Below, piece by piece: positions 45,684 through 54,755 of a stretch of 64,000 nt of DNA. The stretch's first letter is position 1. Each line of letters begins with the position of its first letter. Source of the DNA: Oscillospiraceae bacterium (lineage in GTDB: Bacteria > Bacillota > Clostridia > Oscillospirales > Oscillospiraceae); NCBI GenBank assembly GCA_015067835.1, contig SVLS01000006.1:949-64948 (forward strand). Reading direction: 5' to 3'. Below the pieces are notes generated by a model that was given only the letters and a program-made list of their open reading frames with translations, was not told the DNA's origin and did not search any database. The position numbers and the translations under genes are program-made.

Positions 45684-46744
45684 AAAACCTTGAAAAATTT
45701 ATATCCTTGCTGAATGACGAGGTGGATGGCCTTTTGCTGACAAGCCGTTACAGCCGTCATTATGCGGCAGAGTTTGACATTGCGGAAGGTGTTGCAGTTG
45801 TCACAAAGGCCGGTTGCCGGTATTTTACCGATAACCGCTATACAGAGGCGGCAGAAAACGGCATTAAAGGCTTTGAGGTTATTGACGTTGATACGGAGAA
45901 CGGCTATATCGGCTGTCTTAACAAGGCAATTGCAGATTTCGGCGTCAAGGCTCTGGGCTATGAAGAGGAATACATCATTGCCGGGGAGCTGTTCCGCTTT
46001 GAGAAGAATCTGAATGCCCGGCTGGTGCCGATGAATGAAAGAATCAACGGATTCCGCTATGTCAAGGAAGACTGGGAGCTGGATTTGATGCGCAAGGCGC
46101 AGACCATTACAGACAAGGCTTTTGCCCAGGTTCTTGGACGTATCAAGCCCGGAATGACGGAGCTGGAATTGCAGGCAGAGCTGATTTATTGCCTCTATAA
46201 GAACGGCGCGACCAGCCTTGCGTTTAATCCCATCGTTGTTTCCGGTCCCAATACCAGTATGCCCCACGGTGTTCCGGGTGAGCGGGTTATTCAGGCCGGA
46301 GACTTTATTACCATGGACTTCGGTGCTGCCTGGGAGGGTTATTGCTCGGATATGACCCGTACGGTTGCAGTCGGCTATGCAACGGAAGAAATGGAAAAGG
46401 TGTACAACACGGTTTTGCAGGCGCAGCTGGCTGCCCTGGAAATCACCAAAGCCGGTGTCCCCGGCTGCGAGATAGATGCAGTCGCCCGAAAGGTTATTAC
46501 AGATGCAGGCTATAGGGAATACTTCGGCCACGGCTACGGTCACAGCTTGGGACTTGAGATTCACGAGGCGCCCAATCCCAACAGCCGCAATCCTGAGCCG
46601 ATGCCTGTAAACGCGGTTGCTTCCGCAGAACCCGGCATTTATTTGCCCGGAAAATTCGGTGTACGCATTGAGGATGTAGTCATTTTTAAGGAAAACGGTT
46701 GTGAAAATATTACAAAAAGCCCTAAAAATCTGATTATTGTATAA
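45680..46744 (+). CDS. M24-family Xaa-Pro aminopeptidase
   Basis: Creatinase-like N-domain plus a pita-bread fold with HGYGHSLGLEIHE and the VRIED metal ligands; ATGA overlap with yqeG. Confidence 0.9.
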   Translation: MKNLEKFISLLNDEVDGLLLTSRYSRHYAAEFDIAEGVAVVTKAGCRYFTDNRYTEAAENGIKGFEVIDVDTENGYIGCLNKAIADFGVKALGYEEEYIIAGELFRFEKNLNARLVPMNERINGFRYVKEDWELDLMRKAQTITDKAFAQVLGRIKPGMTELELQAELIYCLYKNGATSLAFNPIVVSGPNTSMPHGVPGERVIQAGDFITMDFGAAWEGYCSDMTRTVAVGYATEEMEKVYNTVLQAQLAALEITKAGVPGCEIDAVARKVITDAGYREYFGHGYGHSLGLEIHEAPNPNSRNPEPMPVNAVASAEPGIYLPGKFGVRIEDVVIFKENGCENITKSPKNLIIV

Positions 46745-46761
46745 AAAATGCATTTTACCTC

Positions 46762-46790
46762 TTGCAAATTGCAATTTTTTAGGTTAAAAT
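46762..46790 (+). promoter_or_regulatory. Sigma-A-type promoter for efp
   Basis: TTGCAA 46762-46767, 17-nt spacer, TAAAAT 46785-46790. Confidence 0.55.
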
Positions 46791-46853
46791 ATATCAGCTA
46801 ATGTATGCTCATTTTTATAGCCCCCTTGGGGCGGATTTTAGGAGGATAAAGAT

Positions 46854-47417
46854 ATGATTTCTGCAGGCGATATTAGAAATGGTATTACCTTTGAGCTGGA
46901 CGGCAAGGTAATGCAGGTAGTTGAATTCCAGCACGTGAAGCCCGGCAAGGGTGCTGCTTTTGTCCGCGTCAAGATGAGAAACGTCATCACCGGCGGCGTG
47001 ACAGAAACCAGCTTGAACCCCTCTGCCAAGTTCCCCACTGCTTTCGTGGAGAGAAAGAAGATGGAGTATTCCTACAATGATTCCGGTCTTTACTACTTCA
47101 TGGACCAGGAAACCTACGAGATGGAGCCTCTGGACGGCAGCGTTCTGGACGATTCCTTCAAGTTCATCAAGGAAAACGACGTCTGCACCATTCTGAGCTA
47201 TAAGGGCAAGGTTTTCGGCGTGGAAGTTCCCAACTTTGTTGACCTGGTTGTTACTGAGACAGAGCCCGGCTTCGCCGGCAATACCGCTACCAACGTCACC
47301 AAGCCCGCTACCGTTGAGACCGGCGCTGAGGTGAAGGTGCCCCTGTTCATCAACGAGGGCGACAAGATTCAGATTGATACCCGCACCGGCGAGTATCTGG
47401 GTCGTTCCAAGGCATAA
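46854..47417 (+). CDS. efp: Elongation factor P
   Basis: [19 protein letters not shown] loop with the modified-lysine context; 187 aa. Confidence 0.96.
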   Translation: MISAGDIRNGITFELDGKVMQVVEFQHVKPGKGAAFVRVKMRNVITGGVTETSLNPSAKFPTAFVERKKMEYSYNDSGLYYFMDQETYEMEPLDGSVLDDSFKFIKENDVCTILSYKGKVFGVEVPNFVDLVVTETEPGFAGNTATNVTKPATVETGAEVKVPLFINEGDKIQIDTRTGEYLGRSKA

Positions 47418-47449
47418 GTGTGCCGACAAATCCGAAAGGAGTAATTGCT

Positions 47450-47905
47450 ATGACCATTTCCGAAAAGTCTGCTTATCTGAAGGGCCTGATGGATGGCCTG
47501 GAATTGAACAAAGAGAGCGATGAGGGCAAGATGATTGCCGCAATCGTGGATCTTCTGGGCGATATGTCCAAGAAGCTGACTGCGATTGAGGATACCACAA
47601 TTGCAATCTCCGATGAGCTGGACGAAATCGAAGATGATTTGGACGCCATTGAGGACTACATCCTGGATGAGGATGAGGACGATTTCGATGACGACTATGA
47701 TTTCGACTACGATGACGAAGATGACGAGGACGAGGATTTTGATGACGAAGGCTTCGACTTCGGCGACGAGGATACCACTATCTACGAAGTAGAATGCGCC
47801 TGTGGCAACATCATTGACTTTGATGAGGAAACCTTGGAGCAGGGAAGCATCGTATGTCCTGAATGCGGTGAAACGCTGGAGTTCACCACAGAAGACGAGG
47901 AATAA
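47450..47905 (+). CDS. Highly acidic protein with C-terminal CxC...CPxC zinc ribbon (CD1247-like)
   Basis: ATG at 47450 follows SD aaaggag. Helical N-domain, Asp/Glu tract, CACGN...CPECG. Confidence 0.75.
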   Translation: MTISEKSAYLKGLMDGLELNKESDEGKMIAAIVDLLGDMSKKLTAIEDTTIAISDELDEIEDDLDAIEDYILDEDEDDFDDDYDFDYDDEDDEDEDFDDEGFDFGDEDTTIYEVECACGNIIDFDEETLEQGSIVCPECGETLEFTTEDEE

Positions 47906-47914
47906 TCCGTAAAG

Positions 47915-47946
47915 AAACTGCCACAACGTTCGTTGTGGCAGTTTTT
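47915..47946 (+). terminator. Rho-independent terminator after the efp / acidic protein unit
   Basis: aaactgccacaacg (47915-47928) / cgttgtggcagttt (47931-47944) running into ttttt. Confidence 0.8.
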
Positions 47947-47956
47947 GGAGAAATAT

Positions 47957-48370
47957 ATGAATAAAAAAGAAATATTACGCTCTTTGAAGTTTGCCCTATT
48001 TTCCGTTTCAGCCGGCATTATTCAGATGGGTAGCTTTGCGCTGCTGAATGAACTGGCAGGATTGGAATACTGGCTGTCTTATCTGATTGCGCTGGTCCTG
48101 TCCGTGCTGTGGAATTTTACATTCAACCGGAAATTTACCTTTAAATCCACGGAGAATGTTGGACGAGCAATGCTTTTGGTTGCACTGTATTATTGCGCAT
48201 TTACGCCGCTGTCTACATGGTTGGAGCATTATTTGGCGGGTACGCTGGTGTGGAATGAGTATCTTGTCACCTTTTTGAATATGGTTTTGAATATGGTGAC
48301 GGAGTTCCTGTTTCAGAGATTTGTGGTGTACCGCAACTCCCTGGATACCAACGAGAGCGCAAAGAAATAA
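47957..48370 (+). CDS. GtrA-family membrane protein
   Basis: Four TM helices and the NRKFTFKS motif. ATG at 47957 follows ggag by 6 nt and lies downstream of the terminator. Confidence 0.8.
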   Translation: MNKKEILRSLKFALFSVSAGIIQMGSFALLNELAGLEYWLSYLIALVLSVLWNFTFNRKFTFKSTENVGRAMLLVALYYCAFTPLSTWLEHYLAGTLVWNEYLVTFLNMVLNMVTEFLFQRFVVYRNSLDTNESAKK

Positions 48371-48378
48371 GCAATACA

Positions 48379-49209
48379 TTATTTGCTTAGCGCAGCATCA
48401 TAAACCACATTTTTGGGAAGATTCAGTTCCTGAGCAGCTTGCTTGACTGCATCTTTTCGAGACAATCCGGTTTCCATCAACTGTGCCACTCTTGCCGCAG
48501 CATCGGCAGGGGTGGCTTTTTCTTTTGCGGCAGCAGGTGCGCCGGCAACGACCAATACAAATTCGCCCTTGGGCGGCGTTTGTGTATATTGTTCAATCGC
48601 TTTGCCCAGTGTGGTGCGCACCACTTCCTCGTGAAGCTTGGTCAGCTCCCGGCAGAGGCTGATGGGGCGTTCTGCGCCAAATACGGCAGCCATATCCTCC
48701 AAAGTGGGCAGGAGCTTGTGGGGCGCTTCGTAGAAAACCATCGTGCGGTTTTCTCCTATCAGACTTTCCAAATGCTCCTTCCGGCTTTTTTTAGCCGTGG
48801 ACAGGAAGCCTTCAAAACAGAAGCGGCCGGTGCTCTGCCCGGAGATGCTCAATGCGGTAATAACAGCGCAGGGGCCCGGGATGGCGCATACGGTGATGCC
48901 GGCTTCGGCACATTGCCGCACCAAATCTTCACCGGGGTCGGAAATGGCGGGACTTCCGGCATCGGAAACCAATGCGCAGGTCTCACCGGCCAAAATGCGT
49001 TCAACAATAAAATTGCCTTTGGCGGCCTTGTTATGCTCAAAGTAGCTGACAAGGCTTTTTTTAATACCCAGATGATTCAGAAGCTTCAAGGTGACTCGGG
49101 TATCCTCAGCAGCAATAAAATCCGCCTGCTCCAGCGTTTCACGGCAGCGAAGGGAAATATCTCCAAGATTGCCGATTGGGGTGGGTACCAGATATAGCAT
49201 TCCGGCCAT
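48379..49209 (-). CDS. rsmI: 16S rRNA (cytidine1402-2'-O)-methyltransferase
   Basis: LYLVPTPIGNLGDIS tetrapyrrole-methylase-fold signature. Confidence 0.93.
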   Translation of the reverse strand: MAGMLYLVPTPIGNLGDISLRCRETLEQADFIAAEDTRVTLKLLNHLGIKKSLVSYFEHNKAAKGNFIVERILAGETCALVSDAGSPAISDPGEDLVRQCAEAGITVCAIPGPCAVITALSISGQSTGRFCFEGFLSTAKKSRKEHLESLIGENRTMVFYEAPHKLLPTLEDMAAVFGAERPISLCRELTKLHEEVVRTTLGKAIEQYTQTPPKGEFVLVVAGAPAAAKEKATPADAAARVAQLMETGLSRKDAVKQAAQELNLPKNVVYDAALSK

Positions 49210-49220
49210 AAGCGTCCTCC

Positions 49221-49910
49221 TTAAAGATGGTAGAGTGTTTTGTAGTAGTCTGTGGGTTGACCCAGCTCGTCAAACAAGCATTGTTCCTGCCAGATAAGAC
49301 CCGGTTTGCCACCCTTCCTGCAGGAAAGGAGAATCAAGGTAACAGGGCCGTCCACACGATGCCGAATCAGACACAGCTGCTTCGGTTCCAACTGATATTT
49401 GATTGCACAGCCGCAAATTTCAGCCAGCCGTTCCGGCTTGTGAACCAGCATAAAATCACCGCCAAATTTCAGCATTCGGCTGGCGCTTTGACAAAGCTCA
49501 TCCAAATTACAGCAGTCATCCCGTCGCGCCAGAGGGGTCTGCTGATTGGCAGGACCGCCGGTGAAATAGGGAGGATTGGAAAGGCAGCAGTCAAAGGAAT
49601 TGACAGGCAATTCCTTGTGGATGGTGCGTAAATCGGCGCATATACTTTCCATACGCAGCGATAAATTGTTGCGCGCAATATTCTCCAGCGCAGCCAGATG
49701 TGCGCCTTCCTCCAGTTCCACGCCGGTGACGTGACAGGCTTGGTCTTTTGAACAAAGCAATAGTCCCAGCGTGCCGCATCCGGAGCCTAAATCCAAAACC
49801 TTTGCATTACGCTTGAGCTTTGCAAAGTCGCTGAGCAAAATGGAATCCGTGCTGAGAGGGAATGCACCCTGCGGGATATCCAGCGTATAACCGCCGGTTA
49901 AAACTTCCAT
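49221..49910 (-). CDS. N6-adenine tRNA methyltransferase (TrmN6/YabB-like)
   Basis: VLDLGSGCG SAM motif and SNPPYF motif IV. ATG at 49910 follows SD ggagg; the longer ORF to 50213 runs across the ferredoxin gene in another frame. Confidence 0.85.
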   Translation of the reverse strand: MEVLTGGYTLDIPQGAFPLSTDSILLSDFAKLKRNAKVLDLGSGCGTLGLLLCSKDQACHVTGVELEEGAHLAALENIARNNLSLRMESICADLRTIHKELPVNSFDCCLSNPPYFTGGPANQQTPLARRDDCCNLDELCQSASRMLKFGGDFMLVHKPERLAEICGCAIKYQLEPKQLCLIRHRVDGPVTLILLSCRKGGKPGLIWQEQCLFDELGQPTDYYKTLYHL

Positions 49911-49986
49911 GGAAATACAACCTCCAAAAAAATCAGTCTGCGCAGCGGATTTCCAGCGTGCGCAGACTGACTGTGGTTCGGAAGAA

Positions 49987-50157
49987 TCAGCCTTCCTCAA
50001 TAGCTTCAGCGGGGCAGTTGTCGGCGCAAGCACCGCAGCTGACACAAACATCAGCATCGATGACATACTTGTCTTCGCCTTCGGAGATAGCCTCAACGGG
50101 GCAGTTGTCGGCGCAAGCACCGCACTTGACGCAGGCATCGGTAATATTGTAAGCCAT
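49987..50157 (-). CDS. 2x[4Fe-4S] ferredoxin
   Basis: 56 aa with two CxxCxxCxxxCP motifs (CVKCGACADNCP, CVSCGACADNCP). ATG at 50157 follows SD ggaggg. Confidence 0.9.
   Translation of the reverse strand: MAYNITDACVKCGACADNCPVEAISEGEDKYVIDADVCVSCGACADNCPAEAIEEG
50010..50124. repeat. Intragenic 28-nt perfect direct repeat inside the ferredoxin gene
   Basis: cggggcagttgtcggcgcaagcaccgca occurs at 50010-50037 and again at 50097-50124 (offset 87 nt = 29 codons). Confidence 0.85.
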
Positions 50158-50317
50158 GATTTTCCCTCCATATATGTTTTCACGCATTTCTTCATTACTG
50201 GAGATGAATGCACCTCTATTCTACCACGGATTTCTGAAAATGCAATTCCTTTTTTCTAAAACTTCGGTATATTTTTCAAGGCTCGTGGTGAAACTCTGCA
50301 GATAAGGGAGTGGAGAT

Positions 50318-52642
50318 ATGCGTTTGGAGGCAAAAAGCGCGCGGTTGATTCTGGAAGCCGGCGAAATTGCAAGGCAATTCGGACACAGCTATGTGGGAAG
50401 TGAACACATTCTGATGGCTCTGAGCAGTGCGCCGGGATGGGTTGGGCAAATTCTTGCCAGCTTTGGCTTGACGCGAGAGCGGATGCACCTGTGCGTGGCA
50501 ACGGTGTTGGGAAACGGAACACCGGATATGCCACTGCCTCAGGGACTGTCAGCAAAAGCAAAAACAATATTGCACAGTGCCGGGCAGGAAGCCCGGCGTT
50601 TGGGTAAGCGTGAAATCGAACAAAGTCATATTTTGCTGTCATTGCTGCGAACAGAGGCTACCGGAGCAGAATCGGTTTTGCAAGCGGCCGGCGTGAACAA
50701 AGATGACCTTTTTACCTGTGTATTGGAGCAGTTACCCCGGCTGGAACCGGAAATTCAAAGTGTAAAGAAGGAGGCAACCCAGTTGAAGCTATTGGAGCAG
50801 TTTAGCGAAGATTTGATATTAAAAGCATCTTCAATGGAGCGAGTCATAGGCCGTGAGCAGGAAATTGAGACTGTCATTGGAATACTGTGCCGCAAAAACA
50901 AAAACAATCCTGCCCTGGTTGGAGAGCCCGGTGTAGGCAAAACCGCCATTGCCGAAGGCTTGGCCCAGCGTATGAGCATCGGAGATGTACCACCCCAGCT
51001 GAAGGATAAGCGGCTCATCAGCCTGAATATGGCGAACCTGGTGGCAGGCACCAAATATCGGGGCGAATTCGAGGAACGCCTGCGGGATGTTTTGCAGGAA
51101 ATCAAGCGCTGCGGCGATGTTATTTTATTTGTGGACGAGATGCATACCATTGTGGGTGCAGGTGCGGCTGAAGGTGCAATCGATGCCGCGAATATTTTTA
51201 AGCCGGCGCTGGGGCGCGGGGAGCTGCAGATGCTGGGCGCAACAACTTTGTCCGAGTACCGAAAATATATTGAGAAAGACCCGGCTCTGGAGCGGCGTTT
51301 TCGCCCGGTGATGGTGGAAGAGCCCAGCAAAGAGGCAACAATGGCTATTTTGGAGGGCTTGAAGCCGGGATTGGAGCGCCATCACCATATACGCATCAGC
51401 CCGGGAGCGTTGGAGGAAGCACTGCGCCTTTCTGTTCGTTATTTGCCGGATTTGTTTCTTCCGGATAAAGCCATTGATTTGCTGGATGAAGCAGCCGCCC
51501 ACGCGCGGATGGAGGAAATGCGCTGCACCCGTGGAACGGCACAGCAGAATTTGGAGCAGGAGCTGAATGAGGCCGTTCGGGAGAGTCGCTTTGAAAAAGC
51601 GGCAGAGCTGCGGGACAAAATGCAAAAAATGGTCAGCCGTACTACGGAGCACAAGCGACCGAGGGTGGTTACCGGCGGAGATATTGCTTGGGCGGTCTCG
51701 GTCAGAACGGGGATACCGGTTGGAAGGCTGACAGCGGACCAGCGGCAGCGACTACTGAATTTGGAGGAAATTCTGGACGCTACGGTTGTGGGTCAGCAGA
51801 AGGCGGTCAAAAGCGTTTCAGAGGCTGTGCGGCGCGGTTTTTCCGGCATCCGGGATGAAAACCGCCCGGTGGCGTGCCTGTTGTTTGCCGGGCCTACCGG
51901 TGTGGGAAAAACGGAGCTTTGCCGAGCATTGGCAGAAGAGCTGTATGGAAGCAGGGACGCAATGATTCGTCTGGATATGACAGAGTATATCGAGAAGCAG
52001 TCCGTTTCCAGACTGATTGGCGCACCTCCCGGATATGTAGGTTATGACGAAGGGGGAAAACTGACAGAGGCTGTGCGGCGCAGACCTTATTGTCTGGTGC
52101 TGCTGGATGAGTTGGAAAAGGCGCATCCTGATGTTTTGGGGCTGCTGCTGCAGATTATGGAGGAGGGAGAGCTGACAGACTCCGCAGGCCGGCGTGTCAG
52201 CTTTAAAAATGCCATCGTGGTGATGACCTCCAATACCGGCGGAGAGATTCGGGGAGATGGATTGGGTTTTCGTCCGACGGGAAATGCGCAGCAACGGGAA
52301 GAATCCCTGCGCCATACCTTCACACCGGAATTTTTGGGGCGACTGGACCAAATTGTTGCCTTTTCTCCATTGGGAAGCGAAGAGATGGAGGCCATTGCAA
52401 GGAAATATCTGGGTCAGCTGCAGCAGAGAATGGAAGCGATTGGAATCCAAATGGAATATGCGGATGCGCTGCCGCAGTACCTTGCGTCAAAGTGTAAAAG
52501 CAAGGATGGCGCGCGGGATTTGCGGCGCTCAATGCAGATGAATCTGGAAGGCCCACTGTCGGAAACCTTGCTGAGAAACGGAAAAAAGCCGAAAAAAATT
52601 ACCTGTTGCTTGCAGGAAAGCGGGATTTCTTTCCAATTATAG
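50318..52642 (+). CDS. clpC: ATP-dependent Clp protease ATP-binding subunit (ClpC-type, two AAA modules)
   Basis: Clp_N repeats, GEPGVGKTAIAEG and GPTGVGKTELCRA Walker A motifs, UVR-like FEKAAELRDK, LGF ClpP loop. Confidence 0.9.
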   Translation: MRLEAKSARLILEAGEIARQFGHSYVGSEHILMALSSAPGWVGQILASFGLTRERMHLCVATVLGNGTPDMPLPQGLSAKAKTILHSAGQEARRLGKREIEQSHILLSLLRTEATGAESVLQAAGVNKDDLFTCVLEQLPRLEPEIQSVKKEATQLKLLEQFSEDLILKASSMERVIGREQEIETVIGILCRKNKNNPALVGEPGVGKTAIAEGLAQRMSIGDVPPQLKDKRLISLNMANLVAGTKYRGEFEERLRDVLQEIKRCGDVILFVDEMHTIVGAGAAEGAIDAANIFKPALGRGELQMLGATTLSEYRKYIEKDPALERRFRPVMVEEPSKEATMAILEGLKPGLERHHHIRISPGALEEALRLSVRYLPDLFLPDKAIDLLDEAAAHARMEEMRCTRGTAQQNLEQELNEAVRESRFEKAAELRDKMQKMVSRTTEHKRPRVVTGGDIAWAVSVRTGIPVGRLTADQRQRLLNLEEILDATVVGQQKAVKSVSEAVRRGFSGIRDENRPVACLLFAGPTGVGKTELCRALAEELYGSRDAMIRLDMTEYIEKQSVSRLIGAPPGYVGYDEGGKLTEAVRRRPYCLVLLDELEKAHPDVLGLLLQIMEEGELTDSAGRRVSFKNAIVVMTSNTGGEIRGDGLGFRPTGNAQQREESLRHTFTPEFLGRLDQIVAFSPLGSEEMEAIARKYLGQLQQRMEAIGIQMEYADALPQYLASKCKSKDGARDLRRSMQMNLEGPLSETLLRNGKKPKKITCCLQESGISFQL

Positions 52643-52724
52643 GAAATATACAAGAACAACTGTTCGAAAATGCGTATTTTTAGGACTTTTTTATAAAAAA
52701 ATGCAATTTTTTCGCAAAAAAAGG

Positions 52725-52753
52725 TTGATTTTTCAGAACAAAGGTATTATACT
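52725..52753 (+). promoter_or_regulatory. Sigma-A-type promoter of the dcw cluster (Pmra)
   Basis: TTGATT 52725-52730, 17-nt spacer, TATACT 52748-52753. Confidence 0.55.
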
Positions 52754-52759
52754 GTCAAT

Positions 52760-52796
52760 AAGTGGAGCAAAATGGTAGAAAAGTGGAGCAAAATGG
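52760..52796 (+). promoter_or_regulatory. Candidate MraZ operator: two 16-nt direct repeats giving four (G/A)TGG boxes
   Basis: aagtggagcaaaatgg at 52760-52775 and 52781-52796. GTGG/ATGG boxes start at 52762, 52772, 52783 and 52793 (10, 11, 10 nt apart). Confidence 0.6.
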
Positions 52797-52811
52797 AGGA
52801 GGTGAGCATCA

Positions 52812-53240
52812 ATGATCGGTAAGTATGCGGCAAAGATGGACGACAAGAATCGACTTTTCGTTCCTGCAAAGCTGCGCGAAGAGCTGGGCGGCGACTTTTT
52901 TGTGACGCTGGGTGTCAACTGCGGTCATCGGTGCTTGACCATCTACAAAGCATCGGACTGGCAGACCTTAAGCGAAAACTACGATGCATTGCCCATTTCT
53001 CAGAAGGGTGCAGCAACCAGCCTGATTTTTATGAACGCTGTTGCCTGCGAACCGGATAAGCAGTTCCGCTTCAGCCTTTCTCAATTCCTGCTTGATTATG
53101 CCGGCATACAAAAAGAGGTTATGATTGTTGGCCGTGCGGGGCAGGCGGAAATTTGGGATGTGGCAGAATTTGAAGCCTTCGAGGCAGAGAACCTGACACC
53201 GGAGAAGCTGCTGGCTTCCCTGGAGGCAATCGGACTATGA
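52812..53240 (+). CDS. mraZ: Division/cell-wall cluster transcriptional regulator MraZ
   Basis: Two SpoVT-AbrB-like halves with DDKNRLFVPAKLRE and FRFSLSQFLLDYAG. Confidence 0.93.
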   Translation: MIGKYAAKMDDKNRLFVPAKLREELGGDFFVTLGVNCGHRCLTIYKASDWQTLSENYDALPISQKGAATSLIFMNAVACEPDKQFRFSLSQFLLDYAGIQKEVMIVGRAGQAEIWDVAEFEAFEAENLTPEKLLASLEAIGL

Positions 53241-54172
53241 GTACCTTTCATCATATCTCCGTATTGCTGGATGAGTGTATAGACGGCTTGAGCATCAAGC
53301 CCGACGGCATATATGTGGATGGCACTTTGGGCGGCGCCGGACATTCCAGCCAAATTGCGGCACGTCTCACAACCGGCCGCCTGATTGGAATTGACCGTGA
53401 CCCTATTGCTTTGAAAGCAGCCCGGGAGCGGTTGACACCCTTTGAAGAGCGTGTAACGCTGGTGCATTCCAATTTTTGCGAAATGGCATCTGTGCTGGAT
53501 GATTTGGGAATTGACGGTGTGGATGGCATCCTGCTGGATTTGGGTGTCTCTTCTCCACAGCTGGATGACGGTCAACGGGGCTTTTCCTATATGGTGGATG
53601 CACCGTTGGACATGCGGATGAATAACGATGATGCCCTGACTGCTGAAGAGGTAGTCAATACCTGGTCTTATGAAGAGTTGCGCCGCATCCTGTTTGACTA
53701 CGGCGAAGAACGGTATGCGCCTCAAATTGCAGCAAATATTTGCCGCAAAAGGGAAGAGCAGCCGATACAAACAACCTTACAGCTGGTGGATATTATCCGT
53801 GGCGCAATGCCGGCGGCAGCTCTGCGGGAAAAACAACATCCTGCAAAGCGAAGCTTTCAGGCCATCCGCATTGCGGTCAATGATGAGCTGGGAGCGGTAC
53901 GGCAGGTTATGGATGCTGCCATCTCCAAACTGAATCCCGGCGGCAGATTGGCCATCATCACCTTCCATTCTTTGGAAGACAGAATTGTGAAAAACGGTAT
54001 GGCTGATGCGGCAACGGGATGTATTTGCCCACCGCAGTTCCCGGTATGCGTATGTGGGAAAAAGCCTGCAGTTCGGTTAATTACACGAAAACCCATCGTT
54101 GCAGGCGATGAAGAACTGGCTCGAAATCCCCGAGCCCGCAGCGCAAAGCTACGCATTTGCGAAAAAATCTGA
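53237..54172 (+). CDS. rsmH: 16S rRNA (cytosine1402-N4)-methyltransferase
   Basis: HISVLLDE, DGTLGGAGHS, DLGVSSPQLD; ATGA overlap with mraZ. Confidence 0.95.
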   Translation: MSTFHHISVLLDECIDGLSIKPDGIYVDGTLGGAGHSSQIAARLTTGRLIGIDRDPIALKAARERLTPFEERVTLVHSNFCEMASVLDDLGIDGVDGILLDLGVSSPQLDDGQRGFSYMVDAPLDMRMNNDDALTAEEVVNTWSYEELRRILFDYGEERYAPQIAANICRKREEQPIQTTLQLVDIIRGAMPAAALREKQHPAKRSFQAIRIAVNDELGAVRQVMDAAISKLNPGGRLAIITFHSLEDRIVKNGMADAATGCICPPQFPVCVCGKKPAVRLITRKPIVAGDEELARNPRARSAKLRICEKI

Positions 54173-54189
54173 AAAAAGGAGGGACCTTT

Positions 54190-54657
54190 ATGGCAATGCG
54201 GCCTGAGGTTCGGTATATCAATTCTTATGTATCCGGCAACCTTGCATATCAGCCGGAAAGGAAACCTCAAAAAAAGAAGAGCGTGCAGCTCCCAAAAGCT
54301 AAAATTGCAAAGAAGCAATGTATTCGCGTGGATGTGGTGGCGCTTGGCGGCATTATGGTTGCGCTGGTGCTGGCAATTATGTTGCTGGTCAATATGGTGC
54401 AGATGAACAATGCCAAGGCGCAGGCACAGGTGATGAGCGATTATGTATCGTCTCTTCAAAAGGAAAATGAACAGTTACAAAATACATATCGTTCCAGCTA
54501 TGATTTAGAAGAAGTTCGGGAGATTGCTTCTGCAATGGGTATGGTTCCGGCAGAGCAGGCACCGCATTTGCAAATGCAGGTTGTCAGACCTCCTGAGGTA
54601 GAATCTCCCACAGCGTGGGAAAGCTTTTGGGCGTTCATTGTCGGGATGTTTGCATAA
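54190..54657 (+). CDS. ftsL: FtsL-like cell division protein
   Basis: Position between rsmH and the PBP gene, a single TM (ALGGIMVALVLAIMLLV) followed by a coiled-coil segment. ATG at 54190 follows SD aaaggaggg. Confidence 0.65.
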   Translation: MAMRPEVRYINSYVSGNLAYQPERKPQKKKSVQLPKAKIAKKQCIRVDVVALGGIMVALVLAIMLLVNMVQMNNAKAQAQVMSDYVSSLQKENEQLQNTYRSSYDLEEVREIASAMGMVPAEQAPHLQMQVVRPPEVESPTAWESFWAFIVGMFA

Positions 54658-54755
54658 TACCCCGCAAGGCCAATATGATTGAATAGCTGCAATGGGCGGC
54701 GAGGGATTCCTTGCTGCCCATTTTAAGCCGAATGCAATCGAAAGGCCGGTGTATT

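Noticed and set aside
45602-46774. 390-aa ORF antisense to the M24 peptidase gene; also 11681-12649 antisense to prs, 14621-15475 antisense to asnA, and 18452-19333 opposite the histidine phosphatase/rarA genes
   Set aside because: The first three are in-register shadow ORFs of confidently identified genes (offsets 78, 81 and 9). The last lacks any start signal or domain.
47600-47770. GAT/GAC/GAA/GAG-rich tract resembling a microsatellite
   Set aside because: It encodes the Asp/Glu tract of the acidic zinc-ribbon protein. The units are irregular and in frame.
49911-50213. N-terminal 101-aa extension of the methyltransferase ORF (330-aa version)
   Set aside because: The extension runs across the ferredoxin gene in another frame; its SAAVLAPTTAPL repeats simply mirror the ferredoxin DNA repeat. 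A good SD plus ATG at 49910 starts the real methyltransferase.
50158-50317. Search for a CtsR operator (GGTCAAA direct repeat) upstream of clpC, and for a T-box upstream of leuS
   Set aside because: Neither motif is present, and no ctsR/mcsA/mcsB genes precede clpC. These are reported as absences, not features.
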